DNA from: the human T2T-CHM13v2.0 reference genome, Homo sapiens
DNA: 64,000 bases
Reading direction: 5' to 3' (one strand)
Assembly: GCF_009914755.1 (NCBI RefSeq)
Contig: NC_060937.1
The stretch's first letter is position 1. Each line of letters opens with the position of its first letter. This document shows, piece after piece, positions 61,861 to 64,000 of the stretch. A program made the position numbers and the translations under genes. The notes under the pieces were generated by a model. The model saw nothing but the letters and a program-made list of their open reading frames with translations. It did not search any database and was not told where the DNA came from.

Positions 61861-63895
61861 TTAAGCAAAAGACAACACAAAATTTATAAGAAAAAAATGC
61901 AGAAATACGTTGTAATCTATTATAGGTCAGATTCTCCAAGAAAGAGACTGAGATTTCACACAGGCTTGCTGGGGAGCACTGTCAATAATAACAGCACCCA
62001 GGAGGTGGGAGGCAGGCATGGCTGAACAGGCAAAGTGCTGAACAGGGATGCAGCTGCACCAAGAGCTCAGCAGCCAGTTGTGGCCCTCCCCAGGGAAAAG
62101 GTGGACAAGGTGACTTGAACACTCGCAGCAGCTGGGGAAATTAGTGCCATCAGTATTGAAAGAAGGGACTGAAACCCACACTACAGCATTCAGTACATAA
62201 TCCCCTCCTCCAGAAGTATTACCCCATCTACACATAGCCAGAATCACATTTAGGTGACTACTTACTGACTTTCACTAAGTATATTTCTATGAGAGTCAAA
62301 TTCTTTAAAAATGTTACAGACTAGATAGTATTCCATTTTATGGATACACCATAATTCATTTAGTGCTAACATCATTTCAAAGGTCAGTGATTCCAATTTT
62401 TCCTCCTGAAAATAACACTACTGTAATAACCTCGGAAGAAAATATTTATGTACATCTTCAATGACTTTCTCAAAAAAGACATGAGAGTCAAGAAAAATAA
62501 CCATTGAGAGTCAATACTTCAAATACTCAAAATCTACTAAAATTTGCTTTCTAATAAGGTTCATAATATCCTAGCAAATGTTACCATGTGACTTTTCCAG
62601 AAACCTTGAAAAAGGGTATCTTAGTATCATAAACATACTCCACTGATTAGTGTTTAAATTAAAGAGTATCATAGCATAATTCTCTGTGCATTATCATATC
62701 CTTTGTCTATTTATCAAATGTGTTAGTGTATCTCCGACTAACCCATAAAAGTACATCACTTATTTTAGGCATAGAAAAGCCATTTATGGAATTGAATAAT
62801 TATAAAATAATTACATATATTTTATTTTGGTTTTAAAATTTGTCTCAGTATAACTATTTTTGCTTATCTAGAATTTAACTCATCACATGATGAAGACTAT
62901 ATGTTGAAGCTTGTTTTTACCAAAATTTTTACTTTTTACCAAATAGCCTATTTTCTCAGTATCATTTGTTGAAAACTGTAAGCTTTCCAGTATTTGTTTT
63001 TGATTTGTACAATAAATGCCCTCTGATTTCTTAAATGGAGATTATTTCTGCATAATATTGCTTTAAAATGTTATCTTCAGTAACCAATTTAGCAGCTAGT
63101 GAGGTGATCAGAAATCTTTTGAGCTATAATAAAGCCATGGTAGAGAACTTCTGACTTGGAGGTGGGCCGACAACTGCCCCAGCGTGAAGAATGATGGGCC
63201 TCGGTAATTTCCTTCCATTGCACTTACATGACATGTGCTGTGGCTACTATCCTGTAAGGAACTATTATTTACTTACTTTGTGGTAAATGAGGGTACATTC
63301 TTGCTTCACTATTCACACTCTAAAACAATCCTGTCAACAAAGGCAATGTTTATGAAAGAGTAAGCAAGATTCATGTACTATCCATACATTAGATGAAGTC
63401 TACCAACCAAGGAAGGGATAAAGTCAGCCTGGATCTGCTTAGCACTCTGAAAAGCCAGTGAAGAACTCAGCAGTTTCTACAACTTTAATTATACTGTGTC
63501 ATATACAACTAGGAATAGGAGGAGAAATGGTCTTACTAATGCTGGGGAGGAAGAAATAAAGGCTGAGAATAGTGAAATGACTATGCCAAAGATGAAGGAA
63601 CTGTAAAGAAATTCTAAGGAAGTGAATGGGTCTTACATGGCCTTATGGTACTCTTTGCAGAGATCAATATTTTAAAAAATTATTTTATTATGAACAGAAC
63701 GGCATTTCATCTCTAAATTTTTATTTAACATTAAAGTCACAAATTTTGCCTGGTTTTATGATCACAAGGCAGAAACAAGTCATTCATAAAATAACAATAT
63801 ATAACCACCAACCATTCTAAAATATCTTTAAGGAGATAATTTTATAAAGTTCTTAAAACATTTTTTTAAATGCCCTAATAAGAAAACAAAAAAGA

Positions 63896-64000
63896 TGGCT
63901 AAGCACAGTTGCTCAAGCCTATAATCTGAGCACTTTGGGAGGCTGAGGCAGGAAGGTCACTTGAAACCAAGAGGTCAAGGGTGCACTGAGCTATGATCAT
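63896..64000 (+). mobile_element. Alu/FLAM fragment running off the window end
   Basis: ggctaagcacagttgctcaagcctataatc...gcactttgggaggctgaggc. Confidence 0.8.

Overview
Human genomic DNA (an AluYb8 is present) with no intact protein-coding gene. It looks like a segmental-duplication mosaic of three unprocessed pseudogene fragments, all on the minus strand. (1) GTF2I: four exons at 54.4-61.4 kb. (2) USP24: five exons from the catalytic-domain region at 44.0-47.8 kb. (3) A ZNF705/ZNF596-like KRAB zinc-finger gene: four exons at 25.6-28.3 kb. The zinc-finger exon stops after about 25 codons at a ~5.1-kb purine-rich (GGCCAGAA/GGCAGAA) satellite. That satellite has higher-order structure and contains an inverted copy of nearby unique DNA. 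The rest is mostly transposable elements: a full-length L1PA inside an Alu, a doubly truncated L1PA, a full-span Tigger1, MER9 and LTR13 solo LTRs, THE1 and many Alus. There are also two unexplained tandem repeats, an indel-free 75-bp x4 array with coding-like variation and a ~97-bp array. The gene order recalls the pericentromeric GTF2IP/USP24P/ZNF-pseudogene block (13q11-like or a paralogue). That placement and all family assignments come from memory of sequences, not from a database search.
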